From the IMG/VR virus record IMGVR_UViG_3300045988_173642, positions 1-64,000 of that record: DNA of 64,000 nt; one strand, given 5' to 3'. This DNA comes from a virus. Shown piece after piece: positions 63,894 to 64,000 of this stretch. The position numbers were made by a program, and so were the translations under genes. The stretch's first letter is position 1, and the number at the start of each line of letters is the position of its first letter. The notes beneath the pieces were generated by a model. The model was not told where the DNA came from, did not search any database, and saw nothing but the letters and a program-made list of their open reading frames with translations.

Positions 63894-64000
63894 AAAATAG
63901 ATATTTTATTTGATTTTTGCATAAATGACCGGCTCGCCACATTCATCGTCCACCATCTTAAAGCCGCGTGCTGCCAGTTCTTCTAAGTACAAGGCAAGAG

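Noticed and set aside
1-64000. Global stop-codon reassignment (TGA or TAG recoding), as seen in some gut phages.
   Set aside because: ORFs of 930, 1224 and 1862 aa and essentially all recognisable genes are intact under the standard code. The single suspicious in-frame TGA (16153-16155) is a local issue.

Overview
This window is about 64 kb of a long-tailed dsDNA phage or prophage. The host is probably a Bacteroidota bacterium; that is an inference from the absence of Shine-Dalgarno spacing, an HU-HIG-like gene, a BT4734/VirE-like primase domain and AT-rich TTTG-type upstream regions. Almost all of it codes, mostly on the minus strand.

Modules I can support, in order:
- Tail/baseplate-type large proteins and a putative portal (44-9616).
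- An accessory membrane-protein cassette flanked by a duplicated structured element (9.8-13.9 kb).
- An HU-like gene.
- A very unusual C5-cytosine methyltransferase locus (15.2-18.4 kb).
- RtcB RNA ligase, YopX and a GH108 endolysin.
- The head module: S49 protease-scaffold fusion, major capsid protein and a small structural protein (22.4-26.1 kb).
- An initiator-like tRNA-like gene.
- Nucleotide metabolism: dUTPase, a ThyX-like protein and a guanylate-kinase-like protein.
- A primase-like protein.
- A plus-strand island of small Cys-rich or membrane proteins plus a LysR regulator (32.1-35.5 kb).
- An ORF-free AT-rich region.
- A 1862-aa tape measure protein with an upstream chaperone pair, and a holin.
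- A plus-strand packaging and DNA-modification block: small terminase candidate, PAPS-reductase-like protein, two amino-methyltransferases and the large terminase.
- An early/replication block: small ORFs, sliding clamp, SSB-like protein, 1224-aa primase-helicase, DnaQ-like exonuclease and a divergent HTH switch.

No rRNA, CRISPR array, integrase or transposase was seen.

The most interesting signal is the methyltransferase locus. Its catalytic core has the motif order IX-X-I..VIII and contains no target-recognition domain (TRD). It is surrounded by eight short, tightly coupled ORFs that each look like a different C5-methyltransferase TRD, and several reading-frame breaks sit exactly on G/C homopolymer tracts.

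All functional calls rest on motif recognition by eye. No database search was possible.
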